Shown: positions 1 to 7,689 of the stretch, one piece after another
Layout of the letters: each line of letters begins with the position of its first letter
Numbering within the stretch: position 1 is the first letter of the stretch
NCBI GenBank assembly: GCA_938004785.1
Contig: CALKVW010000211.1
Location: 32,642-96,641, forward strand
Direction: 5' to 3'
Source of the DNA: an uncultured Polyangiaceae bacterium
GTDB lineage: Bacteria > Myxococcota_A > Polyangia > Polyangiales > Polyangiaceae
DNA length: 64,000 nt
Made by a program: the position numbers and the translations under genes
Notes under the pieces: model-generated
Seen by the model: the letters and a program-made list of their open reading frames with translations, nothing else
Databases searched by the model: none
What the model was told of the DNA's origin: nothing

Positions 1-538
1 CGGCTCCTCGCTCGGACTGGTCGAGGACGTCGTACAGAATGGAGAATTTCGAGTTGCGGGTGGTCAGGCGTTGGCTGAGTGCGCTCGCGTCGGCTCCGTG
101 ACTCAGCGGCGCGGTGAGCTCCCGCGAATCGTGGAGGTAGTGGATGGAGCCGCGCTCGGCGTCGCCGGCTTCGCTGAGGAGCGCCTGTGCGAGCTTGGGC
201 ACGTCGGGCGGAAGCAGAGCCTTCCCGAGGATCGACTCGGTCGACAGCGTCGTCTCGCCCGTTCCGATCCGTGCGCGCTCGGCGTCGCTGGTCTCCCAGT
301 CGATCTGCACCTTCGCCGCGCCGCTGCTCGAGCCTGGCAAAGCGGCCCAGCGCCCGTCGGGCATGCCATAGCTCGCGATGAGCTCCTTCGCCGCCGCGAG
401 GGTGTCGAGGAAGGTGGTCTTGCCTCGCGCGTACCTGCCGTGAACCAGCACGAGATCGGTGTCTTTGGTGCGGGGCAGGTCCTGCTTGAGACCGTCGAGG
501 CCACGGATGCCCAGGAATGAGAAGCGGCGGATTCGCAT
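1..538 (-). CDS. SMC/RecF/SbcC-like P-loop ATPase, N-terminal part (gene continues past window start; not in supplied ORF track)
   Basis: Hand-translated from ATG at 538 on the minus strand: MRIRRFSFLGIRGLDGLKQDLPRTKDTDLVLVHGRYARGKTTFLDTLAAAKE... The Walker A motif G-RYAR-GKT follows an N-terminal beta-strand, as in SMC/RecF/AAA_23 family heads. GC3 is high. No stop before position 1, so the gene is partial. Confidence 0.6.
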   Translation of the reverse strand, partial: MRIRRFSFLGIRGLDGLKQDLPRTKDTDLVLVHGRYARGKTTFLDTLAAAKELIASYGMPDGRWAALPGSSSGAAKVQIDWETSDAERARIGTGETTLSTESILGKALLPPDVPKLAQALLSEAGDAERGSIHYLHDSRELTAPLSHGADASALSQRLTTRNSKFSILYDVLDQSERGA

Positions 539-608
539 GGTTCTTCGTCGCTAGGGTGGCGCGTGGTGGAGCCGGCGGAGTCGGTGGTGGAGCGAACGAT
601 CGCAGCTC

Positions 609-2711
609 TCAGGAGCGACGGAGCACGTACTGACCGCCGCCCTCTTGGGGTTGCAGGGAGACCTTGTCGGACTGGATGGTGATCTTCGCCGGCTCGATGA
701 GGATGTAGGTGTTGTGGACACGGAGCTCGATCGAGGTCTCGCTCCGGATCGCCACGGTCTTTCCGTAGCTCGGCGCTGAGAGTGACATGCTCGACACGAG
801 CGACTGCATCTTCAGCCCGCCTGAGCCGACCTCGAGCAGGTAGGTGCGGCCGATCTCCTCGCCGCGCTGCCCGATCACCCGGAGGAACTGGTCGGTCCCG
901 ATCCGGACCCCCTGGTTGGACTCGACGTAGGTGGACTGCCGGTTTCCGACGAAGAGCTGGTCGTCGGTGCCGACGAGACAGGCACGGTTGTTTCTCACGA
1001 CCGAGCGCCAGCAGTTGTTCACGACGATGTTGAGGTCGCGCTCGGCCTGGAGATAGACGAGCTCCCGGCCATATCGGTCGTGGAACTTGATCCCGCTTCC
1101 GTGCCATTGGTCGGTCGAGCCCGAGGGTGACGCGGCCTGAAACGGCCCCGGGGTGCTCACGGCTTCGCGTAGCTGGGCGGGAGACATCGGCGACCCGTCG
1201 CCGAGCAGGCTCGTCGCGGGGGTGGCTGGCCCTCCGTCGGCCGCTCCCATCACGAGGCGCGGCGTCGACTCGCTGACGATGCCGGAGAGGTCCTTGAACA
1301 GGGGGAGCTTGTCAGGCGGGGGGTTCGTCTCCGTGTACACTCGACCCACCACCACGGGACGATCGGGGTCGCCTCCCAGGAACTCCACGAGCACCTCCTG
1401 CCCGATGCGAGGGATGTTGACTCCCCCGAAACCCGCGCCTGCCCACGGCTGACTCGTGGGTACCCAGCAAGAGCTCCCTTGGTCTCTCTTGCTCTCGCGG
1501 TCCCAATGAAAGTGCAGCCGCACGCGCCCGTACTCGTCGGTGTGGATCTCTTCGCCGAGTGGACCCACCACGGTCGCGCTCTCGAGGCCCTCGACGACCG
1601 GCTTGGGGGTGTTCCGCTCGGGTCGGTACGGGAGCGTCGACGGCACGGCCTCGGCGTGGACGCGCCACTCTCCGTCGTGTTCACCCGTGAGCATCGTGCT
1701 CAGGGTCAGCAGCCCCGTGTCCGCCGCGATCATTCGATGGGCGTGGCCGACCACGCTGAGCAGGGCGCCCGGCGCAAGCTCCACCACGTTGGTCTCGAAG
1801 CGGATGCGTTTGGCGCCTTGCCGCTCGGCGAGCACACGGTTCCGCGCCTTCGCCGAGCCGGCATTCTCGTCGGTGCGAGCGGTACCGCGATCGTCGGCCG
1901 TGGGCGAGGCACCACCTGCCTCCGTGACGTAGAGGAACGCTCCAGGCTCGTACTCGAACCTCTCGAGGCGCTGCTCTTGTGGGAGACCCTCGGAGGCCCC
2001 GAGGCGAGGTTGGTTCGTGCTGGCGCGCCTGTAGTCCAGGTCGCCGACCGTGACTCGGCTCGGGCGCACGCGCTGCAGGATCGACACGCGCGTGACGAAA
2101 CGGCCGTCGGTCACGCCGGGCGAGTCGCGGAATACGAGCATCGGGTGGGCCAAGGAGCGCGACTGGGGCTCGTCGTCGAGCACGAGCCTGGTTCCTTCAT
2201 CCGAAGGCTCGAAGTAGAACGAGATGCCCGCGTCTTCGAGCATCCGGCACGCGAAGGCGAAGTCGGACTCGTGGTACTGGGCTCGGAACTTGCGCGGCTT
2301 GTGGCGCGCGGGGTCGACCCGTGCTTCGTGCTCCACGCCCCACTCTCCGAGGAGCCTCTGGACGATGTCGAGCTCTGACTCGTACTGGAAGATGCGGTAG
2401 TTGATGCGCTGAGTGAGCAGCCAAGCGCGCGGCGCGATCACCACGGTGTAGGTGGCGAGGCCGCGCGAATCGACGCGGACCTGCTCCATCTCGATGCACA
2501 CGCCGGCGTAGCTCCGGTTCGACCACTCGGTCGACAGCGCGAAGTTCGCGTCCTTGCCGATGACCTCTGCGAGCTCGATGCTCAGGTTGGATGACACGAC
2601 TCGAAGTTCGACGCGGAACAGCTGGCTCATCTGCTGCTTCACGCTGAAACTGCGCACGTCGAGGTCGTCACCCGTGGCGATCTGCACCCGTGCTCGGCTC
2701 GCGCTCCTCAT
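609..2711 (-). CDS. vgrG: Type VI secretion system spike protein VgrG (TssI)
   Basis: 700 aa. The gp27-like N-terminus and gp5-like OB/beta-helix region carry the canonical VgrG block WVPTSQPWAGAGFGGVNIPRIGQEVLVEFLGGDPDRPVVVGRVYTETNPPP. Amino-acid composition is coding-like. Confidence 0.9.
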   Translation of the reverse strand: MRSASRARVQIATGDDLDVRSFSVKQQMSQLFRVELRVVSSNLSIELAEVIGKDANFALSTEWSNRSYAGVCIEMEQVRVDSRGLATYTVVIAPRAWLLTQRINYRIFQYESELDIVQRLLGEWGVEHEARVDPARHKPRKFRAQYHESDFAFACRMLEDAGISFYFEPSDEGTRLVLDDEPQSRSLAHPMLVFRDSPGVTDGRFVTRVSILQRVRPSRVTVGDLDYRRASTNQPRLGASEGLPQEQRLERFEYEPGAFLYVTEAGGASPTADDRGTARTDENAGSAKARNRVLAERQGAKRIRFETNVVELAPGALLSVVGHAHRMIAADTGLLTLSTMLTGEHDGEWRVHAEAVPSTLPYRPERNTPKPVVEGLESATVVGPLGEEIHTDEYGRVRLHFHWDRESKRDQGSSCWVPTSQPWAGAGFGGVNIPRIGQEVLVEFLGGDPDRPVVVGRVYTETNPPPDKLPLFKDLSGIVSESTPRLVMGAADGGPATPATSLLGDGSPMSPAQLREAVSTPGPFQAASPSGSTDQWHGSGIKFHDRYGRELVYLQAERDLNIVVNNCWRSVVRNNRACLVGTDDQLFVGNRQSTYVESNQGVRIGTDQFLRVIGQRGEEIGRTYLLEVGSGGLKMQSLVSSMSLSAPSYGKTVAIRSETSIELRVHNTYILIEPAKITIQSDKVSLQPQEGGGQYVLRRS

Positions 2712-2766
2712 CGTGGGCTCCAGGTCCTGAGGGTGTGATGTTTCGTCGCGGTTTCGCTGCGCGTCT

Positions 2767-3468
2767 TCAAGCGGCCGACTCCGCGTCGAGGAGGGTTTCG
2801 ACGAGCGCGGCCTCGGCGTCGCGGCGGCGTTTGAGACCGCGCGCGACCTTGGGCGAGAGATCGTGGAAGTCCTTGAGCGCTCGGATGCCCGCCGCGACGC
2901 TGGCCACGTCGCGCCCCGCCACTGCCGTACGGATGGCGTCGTACGCGGCCTTCTTCAGCACGCGGCTGTCACCTTCGGTGCCGATGCCACAGTTGTAGAT
3001 GACCGAAGTGAGCGCGCCCCAGACGTGCGGGTCCATCGATTCGATCCCGGGGAACATGCGCTTCGTCTCCTCGACGAAGTGGGGGAGCCTGCGAATGCGG
3101 AAGACCGAGATGGCGTCGTCCCACGGGATGACGATGTCGCGCGTGGCGCGCTCCGCCGCACGCGAACCTCGCCGGCCGATGTAGCCCGCGAGGCGCGTGT
3201 AGGCGTCGGTCGGCTTCCGCAGGGCCTCGAGGCGGGTCTTCCAGTCGCCCTCGAACCAGCTCTTGGCGTACTTCAGATCGTAGCCGATGCCGATCGTCAG
3301 ACCGGAGCCGTTGTTGCCAGGCCAGTGGGGCCGCGCGTACGTCGACTCGTACTGAGGCCGCGCGAGCTCACGGTCGCCGCCGCCCACTTCCCACGCGATG
3401 ATGAGGTCGATCGACTCCTGGCTGATCTCCACGGGCGACTCCGTTCGAGCGTGCTGCGTCGTGCCCAC
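2767..3468 (-). CDS. Lysozyme-like (GH24/T4-lysozyme-type) peptidoglycan hydrolase; candidate T6SS cargo effector
   Basis: 233 aa with no signal peptide. Motifs E-x8-Y...PHWPGNNGSGLTIGIGYDL and LTSVIYNCGIG resemble the catalytic Glu and TIG-G-D core of phage-type lysozymes. It sits directly upstream of vgrG on the same strand. Confidence 0.5.
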   Translation of the reverse strand: MGTTQHARTESPVEISQESIDLIIAWEVGGGDRELARPQYESTYARPHWPGNNGSGLTIGIGYDLKYAKSWFEGDWKTRLEALRKPTDAYTRLAGYIGRRGSRAAERATRDIVIPWDDAISVFRIRRLPHFVEETKRMFPGIESMDPHVWGALTSVIYNCGIGTEGDSRVLKKAAYDAIRTAVAGRDVASVAAGIRALKDFHDLSPKVARGLKRRRDAEAALVETLLDAESAA

Positions 3469-3514
3469 ACGCAGTCATCGCACCACGCGAGCGTAGGGGC
3501 ACGATGCTCACAGG

Positions 3515-3540
3515 ATCAACGTCCACGCAGCACGTGGACG
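3515..3540. promoter_or_regulatory. Perfect 8-bp inverted repeat (CGTCCACG-N5-CGTGGACG) in the JAB/lysozyme intergenic region; candidate hairpin terminator or operator
   Basis: Read directly from the sequence. It lies between the stop of the JAB gene (3683) and the start of the lysozyme-like gene (3468), both on the minus strand. A palindrome TCGCATGCGA follows at about 3590. Confidence 0.3.
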
Positions 3541-3682
3541 CCGATCTCGTGTCGCGGACGGTGGTCGACCCGAACCCACCTCGCATGCGACATGCGTACG
3601 CGAACACCCCTCGCCTTCTCGCGCTTCATGCCGCCGGGGTGCCTCCTCGGGGCGCTCCGCACATCCGCGCATTCGACGGACC

Positions 3683-4240
3683 TCAAACGATCTCGATCGT
3701 CGATGGCTCGAAGGCACGGTCACGCCACACGAAGAGGCGGTGGTCATCGACCAAGGGTCCATGCTCGCCGCCGCGCACGCTGCTCACCAGGAACGCGAGC
3801 GGCCACGCTGGTCCTGGCCCGAGCGTCGCTGGACCGCCCTCGAAGCTCGGTGGCGCGCCGCGTGAGAGCACGGCGGCGTCCGTGCCGCTGAGGTACGCGC
3901 CGACGTCGATGTGGGAGTGATAGAGCACCTTCACCGGCGAGCCAGTCGACACTCCCTCACGCATCGCGGCCTCGAGCGTGCGTTCGTGGAACGCGAAGAA
4001 GGTCCTCGGGCTGCGGAAGTAGGCCACTGGGTCACGCTCGTGGAGGATCCTCGCGAGGTTGGGGATCGCGACGGCGCGATCGCAGAGCAGGGGTTCCTCG
4101 GCGGGCCCGGCCAGATAGCCGCAGGCTTCCTCCTCGTCTAGGAGGCCTCGGATCGCGCTGCGCTCGACCTCCGCGATCGCGGCGCGTGTGATGCGCAGGC
4201 CTCCTTCGACCCAGGGATGCTGAACCCGCCACAGCGTCAT
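3683..4240 (-). CDS. JAB/MPN (JAMM) domain metalloprotease-like protein
   Basis: 185 aa. There is an exact JAMM zinc motif, HSHIDVGAYLSGTD (HxHx7Sx2D), with an upstream acidic residue in EEACGYLAG. No signal peptide. Confidence 0.75.
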   Translation of the reverse strand: MTLWRVQHPWVEGGLRITRAAIAEVERSAIRGLLDEEEACGYLAGPAEEPLLCDRAVAIPNLARILHERDPVAYFRSPRTFFAFHERTLEAAMREGVSTGSPVKVLYHSHIDVGAYLSGTDAAVLSRGAPPSFEGGPATLGPGPAWPLAFLVSSVRGGEHGPLVDDHRLFVWRDRAFEPSTIEIV

Positions 4241-4320
4241 GTGCCCATCGTGTCATCGACTCCCGTGCCCGAGCACTGGAGAGTCGATCCGATCGCCCCC
4301 CGAGCTGGCCCCCGTCTTGC

Positions 4321-5178
4321 TTGGCTCCGCTCGACATCATGCTGCCCCTCCACTCCAAGCTGCTCGTCGCTTCCGTCATCCTGGCCGGCTGTGCTGCCGG
4401 AGCCGCGCCGCCCGCCGACCCCTCGCCGCCGCCGCCCGCCGCCACGACCGAGCCCGCTCCGGTGCTCAGCGGGGCGCCGGCAGCGACCGCCCCGACACCG
4501 CCCGCGCCCGAGCGCGAGCCGACGGGCGCCACGCCGATGTCCGACGCGGACCTGCCCCCGCCAGGCTCCCCTGCGGCGCGCTGGATGCGCGAGCACTTCA
4601 GCCAGACGGTGGCGATCCGCAACGCCGTGGTCTCGGGGCACCTCGAGCGGGCGGTGAACCCGGCCACGGAGCTCACGCAGATGGCGGGCGTCGAGGGCAT
4701 GCCGAAGCAGTGGGCGGTGGCGGGTGCCCAGCTGCGCGACGCCGCGAACCGAATGCGCGAGGCCAGCAACATCCAGGACGCGGCCACGGCGACGGCGGAC
4801 ATCGGTCGCGCCTGCGGCCACTGCCACAGTACAGGTGGGCGTGGCCCGAAGATCACCGTGGGCGAGCCGCCGCCCGCCGAGGCCTCGACCTCGAGCCGCA
4901 TGAAGCGCCACAAGTGGGCCGCCGAGCGGCTCTGGGAGGGCATCTACGGCCCGAGCGAGGCGGCGTGGGCGGCCGGCAGCAAGGCGCTCGAGATCGACCC
5001 CTTCGACGCGAAGATGCTCGAACCAGGTGGGGTGCACGCGCGGTCGGCGGCCTCCGACTTCCGGCGCTTCGCGAAGGAGCTGCCGAACGCCAAGACCAAC
5101 GAGGCGCGAGGTCGCTCCTTCGCCCAGCTCACGAGCACCTGCGCGCCCTGCCACGAGGCGATGGGCGTGCACCGCTGA
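4321..5178 (+). CDS. Putative dihaem c-type cytochrome lipoprotein
   Basis: Signal peptide with lipobox LAGC. Two CxxCH haem-binding motifs (CGHCH, CAPCH). Pro/Ala-rich linker after the signal peptide. Confidence 0.6.
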   Translation: MAPLDIMLPLHSKLLVASVILAGCAAGAAPPADPSPPPPAATTEPAPVLSGAPAATAPTPPAPEREPTGATPMSDADLPPPGSPAARWMREHFSQTVAIRNAVVSGHLERAVNPATELTQMAGVEGMPKQWAVAGAQLRDAANRMREASNIQDAATATADIGRACGHCHSTGGRGPKITVGEPPPAEASTSSRMKRHKWAAERLWEGIYGPSEAAWAAGSKALEIDPFDAKMLEPGGVHARSAASDFRRFAKELPNAKTNEARGRSFAQLTSTCAPCHEAMGVHR

Positions 5179-5340
5179 GCTCGGCGCAGAGGGCGGATCG
5201 GCGGCGGGTGCGCGCAAGCGCCGCGCGCCTCCGCGCAGCTGCTGCGCCGGGGGCTTCCGCGACGTCGCGCCGGTCGGCGTAAGCTCAGGCGCTCCCGGCG
5301 CGTTCGAGCACCGGAACCACGACTCGACGAGGACCCCTCC

Positions 5341-5697
5341 ATGCTGCGACGACTCTCGCTCTTTGCTCTCGCTTCGCTCGGGCTGCTCCACGCGCTCGGC
5401 TGCACGGTCTCGACCACGGTCGTCGAGGCGCCCGAGCCGGTGGGCTGCACCGAGGAGGCGCGCGTCTGCGAAGACGGCACGACGCGCGTACGCAAAGGGC
5501 CCGACTGCAGCTTCGACCCGTGCCCGGAGGACGCAGGCACCGGCGGCTCGCCCGTGCCGGATGCGCCGAGCGGCGAGGCGCCGAGCGGCCCTCCGGGCGG
5601 TGTCGTCTGCACGAAGGACGCGAAGCTCTGCCCGGACGGCAGCTCCGTCGGTCGCACGGGGCCGAGCTGCGAGTTCGCGCCCTGCCCCGGGGAGTGA
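5341..5697 (+). CDS. Small secreted Cys-repeat lipoprotein
   Basis: Signal peptide with lipobox LGC. Two copies of a C-x-DG-x5-GP-x-C-x-F-x-PCP motif. Confidence 0.5.
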   Translation: MLRRLSLFALASLGLLHALGCTVSTTVVEAPEPVGCTEEARVCEDGTTRVRKGPDCSFDPCPEDAGTGGSPVPDAPSGEAPSGPPGGVVCTKDAKLCPDGSSVGRTGPSCEFAPCPGE

Positions 5698-5751
5698 GCG
5701 CGGCGCGCTGGTCGAGTGGAGCGCGGCGCGCTCGCTCCGCTCGGTCGGGGC

Positions 5752-6363
5752 TCAGAAGCTCGAGCCGGGCAGCTCGAGGAAGGCGAGCTCCTCCGGCGTG
5801 CTCTGCCTGCCGAGGATCGAATTGCGGTGTGGGAAGCGCCCGAAGCGCTCGACGATCACGCGGTGGCGTTCGGCGAAGTCGGCGCCCGCTTCGAGCATCT
5901 TCTTCACCTTCTCGGAGGCCGCGCGGGCCGCGAGCCTGCGGAAGAGCGCGACGCACTTCTCTTGCGCCTCGAGCGACTCGGCGTGCATGAACGGCATCGC
6001 GAGGAAGTAGGCCTGCATCGGAGGCAGCGTGTCGAAGTCGCCCCGAGCATCGGCCGCCTCGGCGAGCGCGAGCGCGCGCGCGTCGTTGGCGAAGGCGCGC
6101 GGCGTGTCGCGGTAGGCGTTGCGCGAGAGCTGATCGAGCACGATCACGAGCGCGACGATGCCGCCCGGCGTCTCCTTCCAGGCGTCGAGCTCTCCGCGCG
6201 ACGCGGCCTCGAGCACCTCGCCGAAGCGCTCGCGGATCGAGGCATCGAAGGCCGGATCTTTGGTCCACCAACGAGCTGAGGTCTCCTCCGACACGCTCCC
6301 GTCTTCGAAGAGCCAGCCGAACCAGAACTCGAGCACGTCGTCGGGGGTGATCACGGCGCTCAC
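5752..6363 (-). CDS. DUF924 family protein
   Basis: The C-terminal 200 aa of the 422-aa ORF match DUF924 blocks (FWFG, LDQLSRNAYR, MPFMHAE, RFGRFPHRNSILGRQST-EE). The upstream part of the ORF is Arg-rich junk. A GTG start at 6363 is proposed. Confidence 0.75.
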   Translation of the reverse strand: MSAVITPDDVLEFWFGWLFEDGSVSEETSARWWTKDPAFDASIRERFGEVLEAASRGELDAWKETPGGIVALVIVLDQLSRNAYRDTPRAFANDARALALAEAADARGDFDTLPPMQAYFLAMPFMHAESLEAQEKCVALFRRLAARAASEKVKKMLEAGADFAERHRVIVERFGRFPHRNSILGRQSTPEELAFLELPGSSF

Positions 6364-6451
6364 CGTAGCAGGCCCGAGCCTCGGCCACGGAGCCCGTGAG
6401 CTCAGGGCGGCGTCGCCGCGCCTTCGCTCGCGCAGACGGGGGAGATCTTGC

Positions 6452-6976
6452 TCAGTCGTCGTCCTCGTCCGCTCGCGTCGGCTGCGCGGCGGCAGCGCCT
6501 GCGGGTGAGGCCGGCGCGGCCTGCGTGAAGGCGGCAGCTGCACCATGTCGATAGACGAGGTCTCCGCCGGCCTGCCCGACGCGGAAGCCGAGCCCGAGCA
6601 CCACCAGCGTGCCGACCACCGACGCGGCAGCGAGCCCGCGCGCCGTGCCTTCCTTGCGTACGAAGGCCGCGGCCGCGCCGAGCGCGAGCACACCGATGCT
6701 CGCGACGACGAAGACCTGAGCCGCCTCCTCGTGCGCTTCGATGAGCGCCTCCGCGACGACGCGCTCGACGGGCTCCTCGTCGATCTCACCGGTCTGGAGC
6801 GCGGCGAAGCCGCCGCCCACGAGGACCACCTGGAGCGCGACGACGAGCCACCAGACGCGCGCCTGGAAGAAGCCTCGCCACCAACCGAGCAAGACGCCAC
6901 CCGAGAGCAAAGGCAGCAGCACGGCGAGCGCGATGGGCAGGTGGACGATCTTCGGATGCAGGAGGGTGAGGTCCAT
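6452..6976 (-). CDS. Integral membrane protein, DUF2231-like
   Basis: 174 aa with 4-5 hydrophobic helices. N-terminal LHPKIVHLPIAL is reminiscent of DUF2231. Acidic C-terminal tail. Confidence 0.55.
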   Translation of the reverse strand: MDLTLLHPKIVHLPIALAVLLPLLSGGVLLGWWRGFFQARVWWLVVALQVVLVGGGFAALQTGEIDEEPVERVVAEALIEAHEEAAQVFVVASIGVLALGAAAAFVRKEGTARGLAAASVVGTLVVLGLGFRVGQAGGDLVYRHGAAAAFTQAAPASPAGAAAAQPTRADEDDD

Positions 6977-7059
6977 GGTGGTCTCCAGTCGTGAGGGCCG
7001 AGGCTTCGATGCGCCGGCACGTCAGACTGTGCGCGGCGGTCACGCCCAAGGCCATCTCA

Positions 7060-7090
7060 CATCCGTGATACGTCAATAAAATTGATATGT
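7060..7090. promoter_or_regulatory. AT-rich promoter island with perfect palindrome TCAAT-AAA-ATTGA immediately upstream of the LuxR-family gene
   Basis: This is the only AT-rich stretch in the neighbourhood (tacgtcaataaaattgatatgttgg). It lies in the divergent intergenic region between the membrane-protein gene (minus) and the LuxR gene (ATG at 7087). Confidence 0.35.
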
Positions 7091-7689
7091 TGGAAGACAC
7101 CGATGCAACGGCTGGTGGAGGCGGAAGGCGCAGCTCTCTCGCGGCCGTGATCCTCTTCGTGCTCGTGGCGGCGGTCGCGGCGGTCGACCTCGCGACCGAT
7201 CTCGCCGCCGGCTCGACGCTCCGCCACGTCGCCGTCGAGGCGCTGATCCTGCTCGCGGCGCTCGCTGGTGCCGCCGTCGTATTGCGACACCTCGGCGCGC
7301 TCGCTCGAGAGACGCAGGCCTTGCGCGAGAGAGCGGATGGGCTCGAGCACGACCTCGACTCCGCGCGCCGCGACCGAGAGCGCTGGCAGCGGGAGGCCGG
7401 CGAGCTGGTCTCGGGCCTGAGCGAGGCCATCGACCGTCAGCTCGAGCAGTGGGGCCTGAGCGCCGCGGAGAAGGAGATCGCGCTGCTCTTGCTCAAGGGC
7501 CTGAGCCACAAGGAGGTGGCCGCACTCCGGGGGACGAGCGAAGCGACGGTGCGGCAGCAGGCGCGCGCCCTCTACAAGAAGGCCGGGCTCTCGGGGCGGG
7601 CCGACCTGGCGGCGTTCTTCCTCGAGGATCTGCTCGGGCCCCGACAGCGGGGCGGAGCTGGGCAGGGCCGAGGCGCGCTCAGCGCGTGA
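7087..7689 (+). CDS. LuxR/GerE-family transcriptional regulator with N-terminal membrane anchor
   Basis: C-terminal HTH LSAAEKEIALLLLKGLSHKEVAALRGTSEATVRQQARALYKKAGL is a typical LuxR_C/GerE domain. The N-terminus has a hydrophobic helix and a coiled-coil segment. Confidence 0.8.
   Translation: MLEDTDATAGGGGRRSSLAAVILFVLVAAVAAVDLATDLAAGSTLRHVAVEALILLAALAGAAVVLRHLGALARETQALRERADGLEHDLDSARRDRERWQREAGELVSGLSEAIDRQLEQWGLSAAEKEIALLLLKGLSHKEVAALRGTSEATVRQQARALYKKAGLSGRADLAAFFLEDLLGPRQRGGAGQGRGALSA

Noticed and set aside
103-1107. 334-aa minus-strand ORF overlapping the window's left end
   Set aside because: It is extremely Arg/Pro/Ser-rich with no motifs. It is out of frame relative to the real P-loop ATPase gene (1..538) and the vgrG 3' end, so it is a typical GC-rich antisense or alternate-frame artefact.
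5285-6388. 367-aa minus ORF and the overlapping 327-aa plus ORF (5027..6010)
   Set aside because: Both are Arg/Ala-rich low-complexity sequence. The real genes here are the Cys-repeat lipoprotein (plus) and DUF924 (minus, different frame).
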